Virus record (IMG/VR): IMGVR_UViG_3300020419_001132
Direction: 5' to 3' (one strand)
Length of the DNA: 64,000 nt
Source: a virus
Lineage: Duplodnaviria > Caudoviricetes
Positions 56,707-64,000 of this stretch are shown here, piece by piece. The stretch's first letter is position 1. Every line of letters starts with the position of its first letter. Position numbers and translations under genes: made by a program. Below the pieces are notes generated by a model. The model saw only the letters and a list, made by a program, of their open reading frames with translations. It did no database searches and was not told the origin of the DNA.

Positions 56707-57416
56707 CAAAGAATTATCACGAAGCAGTTGGCTTTTATCAAACATATGAATTAAATGTAGATTTTGTTGAAAGAGTAAGAGAAGAGATTACACCTTTTTT
56801 TGAAAATTATGTTGTTGATGATGTAGCACAAGGAGGATGGGGTAGCGGTTATGTGCCTTTTGAAGATTGCGGTCCTTGGACACACAAGTTTATAGATTTG
56901 TTTAAAGGCAACTTTTTAAGTAATATAAGATTAAGTGCTTTCAGTCCAACAAATAGTTATGATTGGCATATTGGTATAGAGAAAGAAAACAATAAATGGA
57001 AACAGGGTGGTGAGAACGAAGAACCGGAAATTTATCCTTATCAAGTTAAATGTAGCACACTAAATGTTTTTTGTAGTCCTTCTATAGGTGATAGAACATT
57101 GTTTGCAACCGATATGGATATGCCTCCTTATAGAGGATATTATATTGGATATGGCACCAAAAAGAAGATGCTTGTAATAGATGAAATGGTTGTAGATAGA
57201 AATCCTGTTATTTTAAATACAGGGCTATGGCATAAAATAGATGCAAGTGGAGAAAGAAACATGGCTAGTTTTCTGTTTACTCCTTATCTTAGTTTTGCAG
57301 GATTAGTAGCATATTGTAGAGAAGTAGGATTATTGATCGAAAGGACTAATCCTATTATACCTTATTACGAAGAAGATTGGGAAGACAAGTATATGCAAGG
57401 AAGAAAATTTGACTAA
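56703..57416 (+). CDS. Fe(II)/2OG-oxygenase/cupin-like protein
   Basis: IRLSAF..YDWHIG...PVILNTGLWHKID..RNMASF. Confidence 0.5.
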   Translation: MTKNYHEAVGFYQTYELNVDFVERVREEITPFFENYVVDDVAQGGWGSGYVPFEDCGPWTHKFIDLFKGNFLSNIRLSAFSPTNSYDWHIGIEKENNKWKQGGENEEPEIYPYQVKCSTLNVFCSPSIGDRTLFATDMDMPPYRGYYIGYGTKKKMLVIDEMVVDRNPVILNTGLWHKIDASGERNMASFLFTPYLSFAGLVAYCREVGLLIERTNPIIPYYEEDWEDKYMQGRKFD

Positions 57417-57999
57417 TTGTGCATATAATTTAAATATTGATGTTACTGATCTTAGAAAAGAATTATTAGAGTATCAAAAGACACTTTCTTATACTAAAGA
57501 AGATTGGGGTAGCTTATTTGTAGAAAGAGAAAAATTAGGAAAACATACAGAAAATTTTTATAAAATACTTCCTAATTGTTTTTTAAGTAAAATAAGATTT
57601 ATAGATTATACACAATTTGACGAAGAAAATCCCCATTTATATCATATAGATGTTGATGTAGCTAATCAAGGTTATTATGATGGTGAGATACATCACATGC
57701 AGATTAGACAAGCATCAATTAACATTTTACTTTCAGGCAATGAGAATATAGAAACATTATTTGCTGTAGATCTTGAAAGTGAATATAGTGACAAGCTACA
57801 TTATTTCAAAGAAAGAAATATGAAAGTTGTCGATAGAAAAAAAGCTACTAAGTTTCCAATGCTTATTAATACAGGAATGTGGCATAAGTCAGATCCAATT
57901 GATAACACAAGAAAGCTAGCCAGTTTTATATTTCATCCTTTTGTATCATTTATTGAAGCAAGAGAAAGGTGCAAACATAAAGGAGTATTAATAGAATGA
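57409..57999 (+). CDS. Fe(II)/2OG-oxygenase/cupin-like protein
   Basis: IRFID..LYHID (HxD)...PMLINTGMWHKSD..RKLASF; paralog of the upstream gene. Confidence 0.55.
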   Translation: MTNCAYNLNIDVTDLRKELLEYQKTLSYTKEDWGSLFVEREKLGKHTENFYKILPNCFLSKIRFIDYTQFDEENPHLYHIDVDVANQGYYDGEIHHMQIRQASINILLSGNENIETLFAVDLESEYSDKLHYFKERNMKVVDRKKATKFPMLINTGMWHKSDPIDNTRKLASFIFHPFVSFIEARERCKHKGVLIE

Positions 58000-58607
58000 A
58001 AAAGAATCAATTACCTAGTATACATAATTTAAATTTAGATATAGATCTAAAAACATTGCAAAATGAATGTGATAAACTTGCAGAAAAATTTGTTGATGTA
58101 AAAACTGCAAATCCAATGTTGTGTGATAATCATATGGAATTGGTTGCAGATGTATATGATAATTTTGAACAAATAAATCTAACAACTCCGAGCGAAATAC
58201 TGCCTTATACTGCTAGTATAAAAGAAAGACTAAAACGTAAGGAAGAACACTTATACAATATTCCTACAGAAGATTACACAGGAAGTTATTTTGAAAAAAT
58301 TGTTACACAACTTAAAGCACCTGCAAGTAGAATACGTATAACAAAATTAGCACCAGGAAAAAATATTCCGTTTCATGTTGATTATGATGTCAGTTATGCT
58401 GTAAGATGTATAGTTCCAATTTACGGAGATAAGCAAGTAATTAATTTATTCAAGCGTGACGGAAAGTTAGAAGCCTATAATCTAGATAGTGGAAATGCAT
58501 ATTTTTTAAATATCGGATATCCACATGCTGTTATTAACATGAGTACAAAACCAAGAATTGCACTTATGTTTAGTTTAAATGGTACTGAAGATCTAGAATC
58601 AATATGA
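57996..58607 (+). CDS. Aspartyl/asparaginyl beta-hydroxylase-like Fe(II)/2OG oxygenase
   Basis: RIRITKLAPGKNIPFHVD...YFLNIGYPHAVIN..PRIALMF. Confidence 0.75.
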   Translation: MKKNQLPSIHNLNLDIDLKTLQNECDKLAEKFVDVKTANPMLCDNHMELVADVYDNFEQINLTTPSEILPYTASIKERLKRKEEHLYNIPTEDYTGSYFEKIVTQLKAPASRIRITKLAPGKNIPFHVDYDVSYAVRCIVPIYGDKQVINLFKRDGKLEAYNLDSGNAYFLNIGYPHAVINMSTKPRIALMFSLNGTEDLESI

Positions 58608-59149
58608 TTATATTTCCAGATAGGATTTTTATTCTTATTCCTAAGTGTGGCTGTAACAGTATTATGAGTATGTATGGTGTAAATCCTTGGGCAAAACATA
58701 GACAACATATTGAAAATAAAGAGGAAGCAGTTTTATATTTAAAAGGAGATTATCCCCATATGCCTGTTAGTCAGATTCCAGAAAGATTTTCTTATCTGCC
58801 TACAGAAGCGATAGTCAGAAACCCTTGGCATAGAACTGTAAGTAGATATTTTTATCTACAAAAAATGAACGACTTCGAAATGAGTTTTGAAGAATTTGTA
58901 AAAAGTAAGTATATACATCCTATGTACAAACAAGATCCTGATTATGCCAAATGGGGTAGTGTAAGTTGGACACAACAGATTGAATGGATTGACGATAATA
59001 CAAAGGTACATAAATTTGAAGAGTATGATTTTACGTTACATGAAAATAAATCACATAGTCGAGATTTTGAAAGTATGTATAATAACGAGTTATATAAAAT
59101 AGTAGGAGATTATTACATAAAAGATGTAGAAAGGTTTAATTATGTATAA
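58604..59149 (+). CDS. Sulfotransferase (Sulfotransfer_2-like)
   Basis: FILIPKCGCNSI (5'-PSB) and VRNPWHRTVSRY (3'-PB). Confidence 0.75.
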   Translation: MIIFPDRIFILIPKCGCNSIMSMYGVNPWAKHRQHIENKEEAVLYLKGDYPHMPVSQIPERFSYLPTEAIVRNPWHRTVSRYFYLQKMNDFEMSFEEFVKSKYIHPMYKQDPDYAKWGSVSWTQQIEWIDDNTKVHKFEEYDFTLHENKSHSRDFESMYNNELYKIVGDYYIKDVERFNYV

Positions 59150-59729
59150 AAGTTGTTATGAAGTAGATGTTAAATTGCCAGATGATTATGTAGATAAGGC
59201 ATTAAAAGCATTTCACGAAAGATTGCCGGAGGCTTATACAGATAGAGCACCTGATGCCCATATAGATGAGTATCCCGAATTGTTTGAAATATTTGGAGAT
59301 ATGAAAGGTTGGTTTGCACCAAAGGTTAGATTGCTTAACCACACTCCTAACGAACTAGGGACAACGGCACCACACTTTGATGTCAATGAGCATTGGCAAT
59401 ATGAAGATATGGATAGATTTATTAAAATTGAAGCAAGTTTGAATGTTCCATTATTTGCCCCAGAAGGCGTTGTTACACGTTGGTATCAACAAAAGAATCC
59501 AGATGTTATACACCCATATGACTTTTGGGAAGGTAAAAAATATGAAATGCGAACAGTAGATGAATTTGAAATTACAAATAAGCCTGTATTGTTTAGAACA
59601 GGTATTTGGCATGCTGTAGAAAAATCAGACAGCAAACGCACTATGCTAAGTTTCAGTGCAAGATATGGTATCGATTGGGATACTTTTGTAAATTGTTGGA
59701 GAGACAGCGGATTACTTATTGAGCGTTAG
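59142..59729 (+). CDS. Fe(II)/2OG-oxygenase/cupin-like protein
   Basis: APHFD (HxD)...SLNVPL...PVLFRTGIWHAVE..RTMLSF. Confidence 0.6.
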   Translation: MYKSCYEVDVKLPDDYVDKALKAFHERLPEAYTDRAPDAHIDEYPELFEIFGDMKGWFAPKVRLLNHTPNELGTTAPHFDVNEHWQYEDMDRFIKIEASLNVPLFAPEGVVTRWYQQKNPDVIHPYDFWEGKKYEMRTVDEFEITNKPVLFRTGIWHAVEKSDSKRTMLSFSARYGIDWDTFVNCWRDSGLLIER

Positions 59730-60276
59730 ACTCGCCCTTCCAGCGTAAAAATGGTTCTTCACTTGCAAAAGGCCAACCACTAATATTTAATCTATCACCA
59801 GTACAGTTATCTACTTCATGTAGTATGTCTACATGCATACATACAAGCCTATTTCGTTTAGGTAATATGCTTATACCATCGACACGTAAAGCACCATCAG
59901 TTTCGTCTGTCAGGTATAACATGTATGTCCAATCACCGTATATTTTATGATCCTCTATATGTGGAGCACAGAAACTTCTTTCTGGTTCAAACTTTTTTGC
60001 AAACAGTTGCAGGGGATTAAGTTTTTCTGTTGGAAGATCTAAACCTATTACATTGCCTATTTTTTTCAACAAAGGATAACGCAAGTCACTTCGCCTAAGT
60101 TCTGTGCGTAGCATATACCAATCATAGTCTGTTTTTTCTTCCATTACATGATTACAGTCTTCATTGTTTAATGAAATAGTTTCAGCTCCGGTAACTAACT
60201 TTGTAAGATCTGTAATTAATTCTTCTTCTAAAAAATTATCACAAATTATTAATGTATCAAACTCAGTTCTTAGCAT
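59716..60276 (-). CDS. Prolyl-4-hydroxylase-like Fe(II)/2OG oxygenase
   Basis: FCAPHIED...MLYLTDETDGAL...PKRNRLV...LHEVD...RLNISGW. Confidence 0.7.
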   Translation of the reverse strand: MLRTEFDTLIICDNFLEEELITDLTKLVTGAETISLNNEDCNHVMEEKTDYDWYMLRTELRRSDLRYPLLKKIGNVIGLDLPTEKLNPLQLFAKKFEPERSFCAPHIEDHKIYGDWTYMLYLTDETDGALRVDGISILPKRNRLVCMHVDILHEVDNCTGDRLNISGWPFASEEPFLRWKGESNAQ

Positions 60277-61336
60277 AATTTAATTCCTTTGTATTCCAAT
60301 TTTTTCCATATCCACTACTGTATTCAAATTTTTGCCCACATGTCCTTCCACATGTATATATTCTTTTATATTTGTCATCAGGATTATTCCAGGATCTTTC
60401 TAAATAAGTTTGGAAAAATTCGTTTTGTAAAACATTCCAACCATATTTTCTCATATCATTAAAATCTTCGCCATACAAGTCTAAAAAATATTTAAAACTT
60501 TCCCATTGTTTAGTATGCCTTTTGTCGGCAAAATATTTAGGACCACCAAACCAACAGCATGGCCATAGGCGCATATCCATATCAATAAATAATCTAAAAT
60601 CTTTTTTAAACTTACAAGTGATATCTGTATTTGCAACATAATCATCAAAGTTTTTGTATTGAGAAAGTACAGAAGAAAAGTCTTGTGTTACGTGACTGTC
60701 TTTATTTTTTACCGTATTGCCTTTTCTAGTTTTAACTTGCGTTTTTGTATCTTGAAATCTAGCAGTATATTTTACAGTAAAATTGGTAAATCCTAATTTA
60801 CTTGCTAATTTTTCTGCATCATCTATTTGATGATAATTATGTGCAAACTCTATAAATTGCCATTCTGCTTTCCCACCAGCTTTTATATAAGCAGTTGCAT
60901 TTTCAATAATTTTTTCGAAATTACTTCCTATTCTATACAAATGATTAGTATCTTTTAATCCGTCTATTGAAAATACTACAGATAGTTTTTCTTTGCCGTT
61001 ATTAGCTAAGTCAGTCCACCACTTAGGTTTCCTAGCACTACCATTTGTTTCTATTCTCATTGTTCTTGTAAAATCTAAACTGTATAAAAAAGTTTCTTCA
61101 AAGGTCGGACTTGCTATTATATCTCCAAAGTTTCCACAATGAATAATTTGGTCTAATTTATTATTTGTAAAAGGTTCTAATATAATTTTATAATCTTGTA
61201 AAGTTAAATCAGTGATTGGCATACCTGGATTTACTTTTTGATCTTTACTTACCCTGCCACATTGTGGACACATTAAATTACATCTGCTTGTATGATCAAG
61301 CATTAATTTTTTAATGTATGAAGTATTAGTAAACAT
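60263..61336 (-). CDS. Radical SAM protein with C-terminal twitch domain (type A)
   Basis: CNLMCPQC; CGNFGD; FIDMDMRLWPCC...CGRTC; likely start at 61336 (TAATG overlap). Confidence 0.9.
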   Translation of the reverse strand: MFTNTSYIKKLMLDHTSRCNLMCPQCGRVSKDQKVNPGMPITDLTLQDYKIILEPFTNNKLDQIIHCGNFGDIIASPTFEETFLYSLDFTRTMRIETNGSARKPKWWTDLANNGKEKLSVVFSIDGLKDTNHLYRIGSNFEKIIENATAYIKAGGKAEWQFIEFAHNYHQIDDAEKLASKLGFTNFTVKYTARFQDTKTQVKTRKGNTVKNKDSHVTQDFSSVLSQYKNFDDYVANTDITCKFKKDFRLFIDMDMRLWPCCWFGGPKYFADKRHTKQWESFKYFLDLYGEDFNDMRKYGWNVLQNEFFQTYLERSWNNPDDKYKRIYTCGRTCGQKFEYSSGYGKNWNTKELNYAKN

Positions 61337-61983
61337 TATTTTATAAGTGCAAATTTCTTGCAGTCGTCCCAACTTTCAGTATCGTAAGGTATATGGGCAA
61401 CTACTCGCCAATGATCAGTAGGATTCACAACCTGATGAAACTGATGTCTATTAAAGATAGCAGGCTTTTCGTGTAAACAATATTCTACAGCAACTTCTTC
61501 GTCTGGTATTTCTGATAATTCTGGCCTGCCTTTAATATAATTATAGCTGTCTATATATCTATTATCTTCTGGATCGTGCCAATGTGCATACTTTGTTATG
61601 CTTTGTTCATCAGTGCCTATTAATGGTAACATTAAGGCACCTGCATGCCAATCAGGTGAAGGAGCAGGATGTCTGTGCGGGACAAATATAGGAGTTATTT
61701 CTGGACATGTAACAAAAAACATAACATCAGATACAAGATGAAACTTAGGTATTAATCTTTGCCATTCGTTGTATTCAGGTAAATGCATAATTTGTCCAAT
61801 ACGAACTTTTGTCCACATTCTGGCTCTATAAAATGCATCATTGCGTTCAAAATGTTTTTTAAAGTAATCGGTTCTTGGTTGGTTAGTGACTAAGCTAGGA
61901 CATATATTAAATATATCTCTACACATCCTTTGCATTAACGTATAATCTTCACTCCATTCAAGTTCTATTATAAAATCATCCAT
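61336..61983 (-). CDS. Fe(II)/2OG-oxygenase/cupin-like protein
   Basis: FVPHRH...ALMLPL...PAIFNRHQFHQVVN..WRVV. Confidence 0.5.
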   Translation of the reverse strand: MDDFIIELEWSEDYTLMQRMCRDIFNICPSLVTNQPRTDYFKKHFERNDAFYRARMWTKVRIGQIMHLPEYNEWQRLIPKFHLVSDVMFFVTCPEITPIFVPHRHPAPSPDWHAGALMLPLIGTDEQSITKYAHWHDPEDNRYIDSYNYIKGRPELSEIPDEEVAVEYCLHEKPAIFNRHQFHQVVNPTDHWRVVAHIPYDTESWDDCKKFALIK

Positions 61984-62609
61984 TTATATTCCCTTGCATT
62001 TTCTATTACTGACTCGTAATCTATGTAATCTCTCATTTTAGCATATTCAGTAGATAAATTCATTTCCTCATAGTTAAATGTTTTAAGTTTATTAAATTTT
62101 CTCAAATCTAAACTGTTATCACGGTTATTAATATCTAACCATAATTCTACGTCAGATTTATCAATTTGTATTTTTTGTTTTTTAATTTTGTTCATTTCAC
62201 TTACTTTAGGATTAGGATGCTCCCAACCTGTTTTTTGTTGATATGTATGACTTAAAAACTGCTCCCATTTGTTTTGTCTTTGTAAATAGTATACATTTTT
62301 ATCTTCGTAAAAACTATATAACCATTCTCTATGATCTTCCCAGTTATATATCTGACTTGGAAATAGTTTTATACAATAGTGCCTGTCTTTTTTTATTTCT
62401 GATTCAATAAACTTGGTTTTTGAAGCAAGATTGTCTTTATCTAACTGGTCAAACATTTCTAATAGATGTTTATGGTTTCTTCTTTTAATCCAATATAACC
62501 AATCTTTGTTAAAGTATTCTCCAATGTAATTACTAGGTTTATCCAAGTAGCTATCTATAAACCAAGTGCTTCCACTTCTTGGACTAGCTATTAGTAGTTT
62601 AGTATCCAT
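61968..62609 (-). CDS. Sulfotransferase (P-loop, Stf0-like)
   Basis: LLIASPRSGSTW (5'-PSB), GEYF, YLQRQNKWEQFLS; likely start at 62609. Confidence 0.7.
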   Translation of the reverse strand: MDTKLLIASPRSGSTWFIDSYLDKPSNYIGEYFNKDWLYWIKRRNHKHLLEMFDQLDKDNLASKTKFIESEIKKDRHYCIKLFPSQIYNWEDHREWLYSFYEDKNVYYLQRQNKWEQFLSHTYQQKTGWEHPNPKVSEMNKIKKQKIQIDKSDVELWLDINNRDNSLDLRKFNKLKTFNYEEMNLSTEYAKMRDYIDYESVIENAREYKWMIL

Positions 62610-63327
62610 TTTGTTTCTGCCAGTCACTCCAATCAAAACTTCCATCTTCTAGCCACTGATTATTATGAGTATCACCCTTGCTTTGCAGACCGTGAATACT
62701 ACCTACTAAGTGTAATCTTTTATAATCTGTATATGGAACTTGATGAGGGCGAACAGTATTAAGTAGGAATGCTTCTCCTGGATCACACATAATAGGCCCA
62801 GCATCAGTATCTATTGCACTTACTTTAGGATCATTTTCTAATACATGATGATATCTAAATCCAGTATCTCCATCTGTATGCCATTCAAAGATACATTCAT
62901 TTTCCATATAGCTATACCAATAATTACTTCGACCCATATTATTACAATATTCATTTAATGCCTGATAATGATGTTCGCCTAGTTTTTTCATATCATTATG
63001 TAAAAAACACCAAATATCTTTTTGTGTATAGTTTCCTAGTCTTGCATTTTCTTGGCGCATCATTATCTTATATAGTGTTCCTGTTTCAAGATGATGTTCT
63101 TCAGTGTAATCTTCCCAGTCTGGTTCATCTTCTATTACAAACCCACGTAAGCTATCAACAAAATCTTTTTTATGCATAAGTTTGTCACTACGTTTTAGAT
63201 ATACATTCATGTATGTTTGGTTGCCAAACTTAATATCATCAAAAAATTCTTCAGTCATCTCATAGAATAGATCTGTCATTTCTTTTGTATTACTGATAGG
63301 CGGAATCTTTTTCCAAGCGTCTGTCAT
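62599..63327 (-). CDS. Fe(II)/2OG-oxygenase (AspH-like) protein
   Basis: FEWHTD (HxD)..FRYHHVL...FLLNTVRPHQV..RLHLVG; start at 63327 by ATGA overlap. Confidence 0.6.
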   Translation of the reverse strand: MTDAWKKIPPISNTKEMTDLFYEMTEEFFDDIKFGNQTYMNVYLKRSDKLMHKKDFVDSLRGFVIEDEPDWEDYTEEHHLETGTLYKIMMRQENARLGNYTQKDIWCFLHNDMKKLGEHHYQALNEYCNNMGRSNYWYSYMENECIFEWHTDGDTGFRYHHVLENDPKVSAIDTDAGPIMCDPGEAFLLNTVRPHQVPYTDYKRLHLVGSIHGLQSKGDTHNNQWLEDGSFDWSDWQKQNGY

Positions 63328-63782
63328 ATGTGGGTCAAACATTCGTATACTTCCTCTATTGGTTCTGCAAAACAAATTTGAAAATTTGTCCGCACATGGT
63401 TATTATTATTTACAAAATGTTCCTTTTGTGTATTCATTAGCACAGGAGTTTCATGTGTAACAATAGGACCATCTACAAATTCACAGTTAGCGTAATCTTT
63501 GTGCCAATAAAGTGGAACAATCAATACTGTGTTTCTATCCCATTTGTCGTTGTCTATATGGGGAATAACTTTTGATCCAGGCGGCTGTTGAACAAACATA
63601 GTATAACTTTTTAACGGAAACCTATTATACTTTTCAATGTTGTTATCCCAACATAGGTTGCCGTCATATGCTCCACCTTTTGTTGGATATGATATAAAAT
63701 TACTCCAGTCTAGACTTAGTTCTAATTCTTTAACTTCGCCATCAGAGATAACATTAGGTATCGCTATCCAATAAGGTAGCAT
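63324..63782 (-). CDS. Fe(II)/2OG-oxygenase/cupin-like protein
   Basis: QQPPGSKVIPHID (HxD)..LIVPL...PVLMNTQKEHFVNN..RTNFQI. Confidence 0.65.
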   Translation of the reverse strand: MLPYWIAIPNVISDGEVKELELSLDWSNFISYPTKGGAYDGNLCWDNNIEKYNRFPLKSYTMFVQQPPGSKVIPHIDNDKWDRNTVLIVPLYWHKDYANCEFVDGPIVTHETPVLMNTQKEHFVNNNNHVRTNFQICFAEPIEEVYECLTHI

Positions 63783-64000
63783 TATGTATATACCGCAAAT
63801 TTTTGTGCTTGTACAGCTTCTTCACAAACTTTAACATTAAGTATTAGCCATAAGCTATCACTGTTTACACTATTATTAAATAGGCAATGCGGTTTATGTG
63901 TGTTCATAAAGTATGATGTACCTTGTTGCCAATAGATAGGTTGCATGGTTGCTCCACCACCAAACATAAAATGAAATGTTGGAGGGTTTACATTTTTAAT
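63782..64000 (-). CDS. C-terminal part of a cupin/2OG-oxygenase-like protein (5'-truncated by window edge)
   Basis: Frame open to base 64000 (IKNVNPPTFHFMFGG...YFMNTHKPHCLFN..WLILNV); shares the family signature. Confidence 0.5.
   Translation of the reverse strand: MKNVNPPTFHFMFGGGATMQPIYWQQGTSYFMNTHKPHCLFNNSVNSDSLWLILNVKVCEEAVQAQKFAVYT

Noticed and set aside
35022-63179. Short nested ORFs in the enzyme island (e.g. 40592-40957, 44598-44912, 52606-52914) as possible RiPP precursors
   Set aside because: They overlap confident genes and lack SD, leader or core-repeat features; no RRE/PqqD, YcaO, LanB/C or transporter was recognised, so a classical RiPP cluster is not supported.
1-64000. Stop-codon reassignment or selenocysteine readthrough
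   Set aside because: Genes are intact in the standard code; TAA, TGA and TAG all terminate genes with tight coupling to the next start.
1-64000. CRISPR arrays, tRNA/rRNA genes, IS elements, introns/inteins
   Set aside because: No repeat-spacer array, cloverleaf, transposase, LAGLIDADG/HNH or intein splice motifs recognised; intergenic gaps are mostly under 85 bp.

Overview
AT-rich window from a large T4-related (gp55-encoding) myovirus, read in the standard genetic code. Positions 1-680 (minus strand) hold the 5' part of a gp55-like late sigma factor; it runs off the window edge and is missing from the ORF track. Positions 763-32950 are a virion baseplate/fibre module: tube initiator, LysM/gp53-like, hub, gp5-like spike, gp25, gp6-like wedge, a 5260-aa mosaic virion protein, three paralogous fibres and two other structural proteins, many preceded by T4-late-like (A/T)TAAATA motifs. 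Positions 33012-64000 (open at the right edge) are a dense ~31-kb island of tailoring enzymes. It holds 12 radical SAM proteins (4 with C-terminal twitch, 5 with N-terminal twitch of which one is fused to a QueC-like PP-loop domain, 2 of a third type, 1 cobalamin-dependent), about 11 Fe(II)/2OG-cupin-type proteins, 3 GT-A-like glycosyltransferases, 2 sulfotransferases, 2 methyltransferases, a mini-kinase, a PLP enzyme, a nitroreductase and a hotdog thioesterase. This BGC-like island sits next to the tail fibres and carries both sigma70-type and late-type promoter motifs; it is the main candidate novel system, and its substrate (virion glycoprotein, host surface, DNA or small molecule) cannot be determined from sequence alone. 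All family calls are from motif recognition by eye; no database searches were run.
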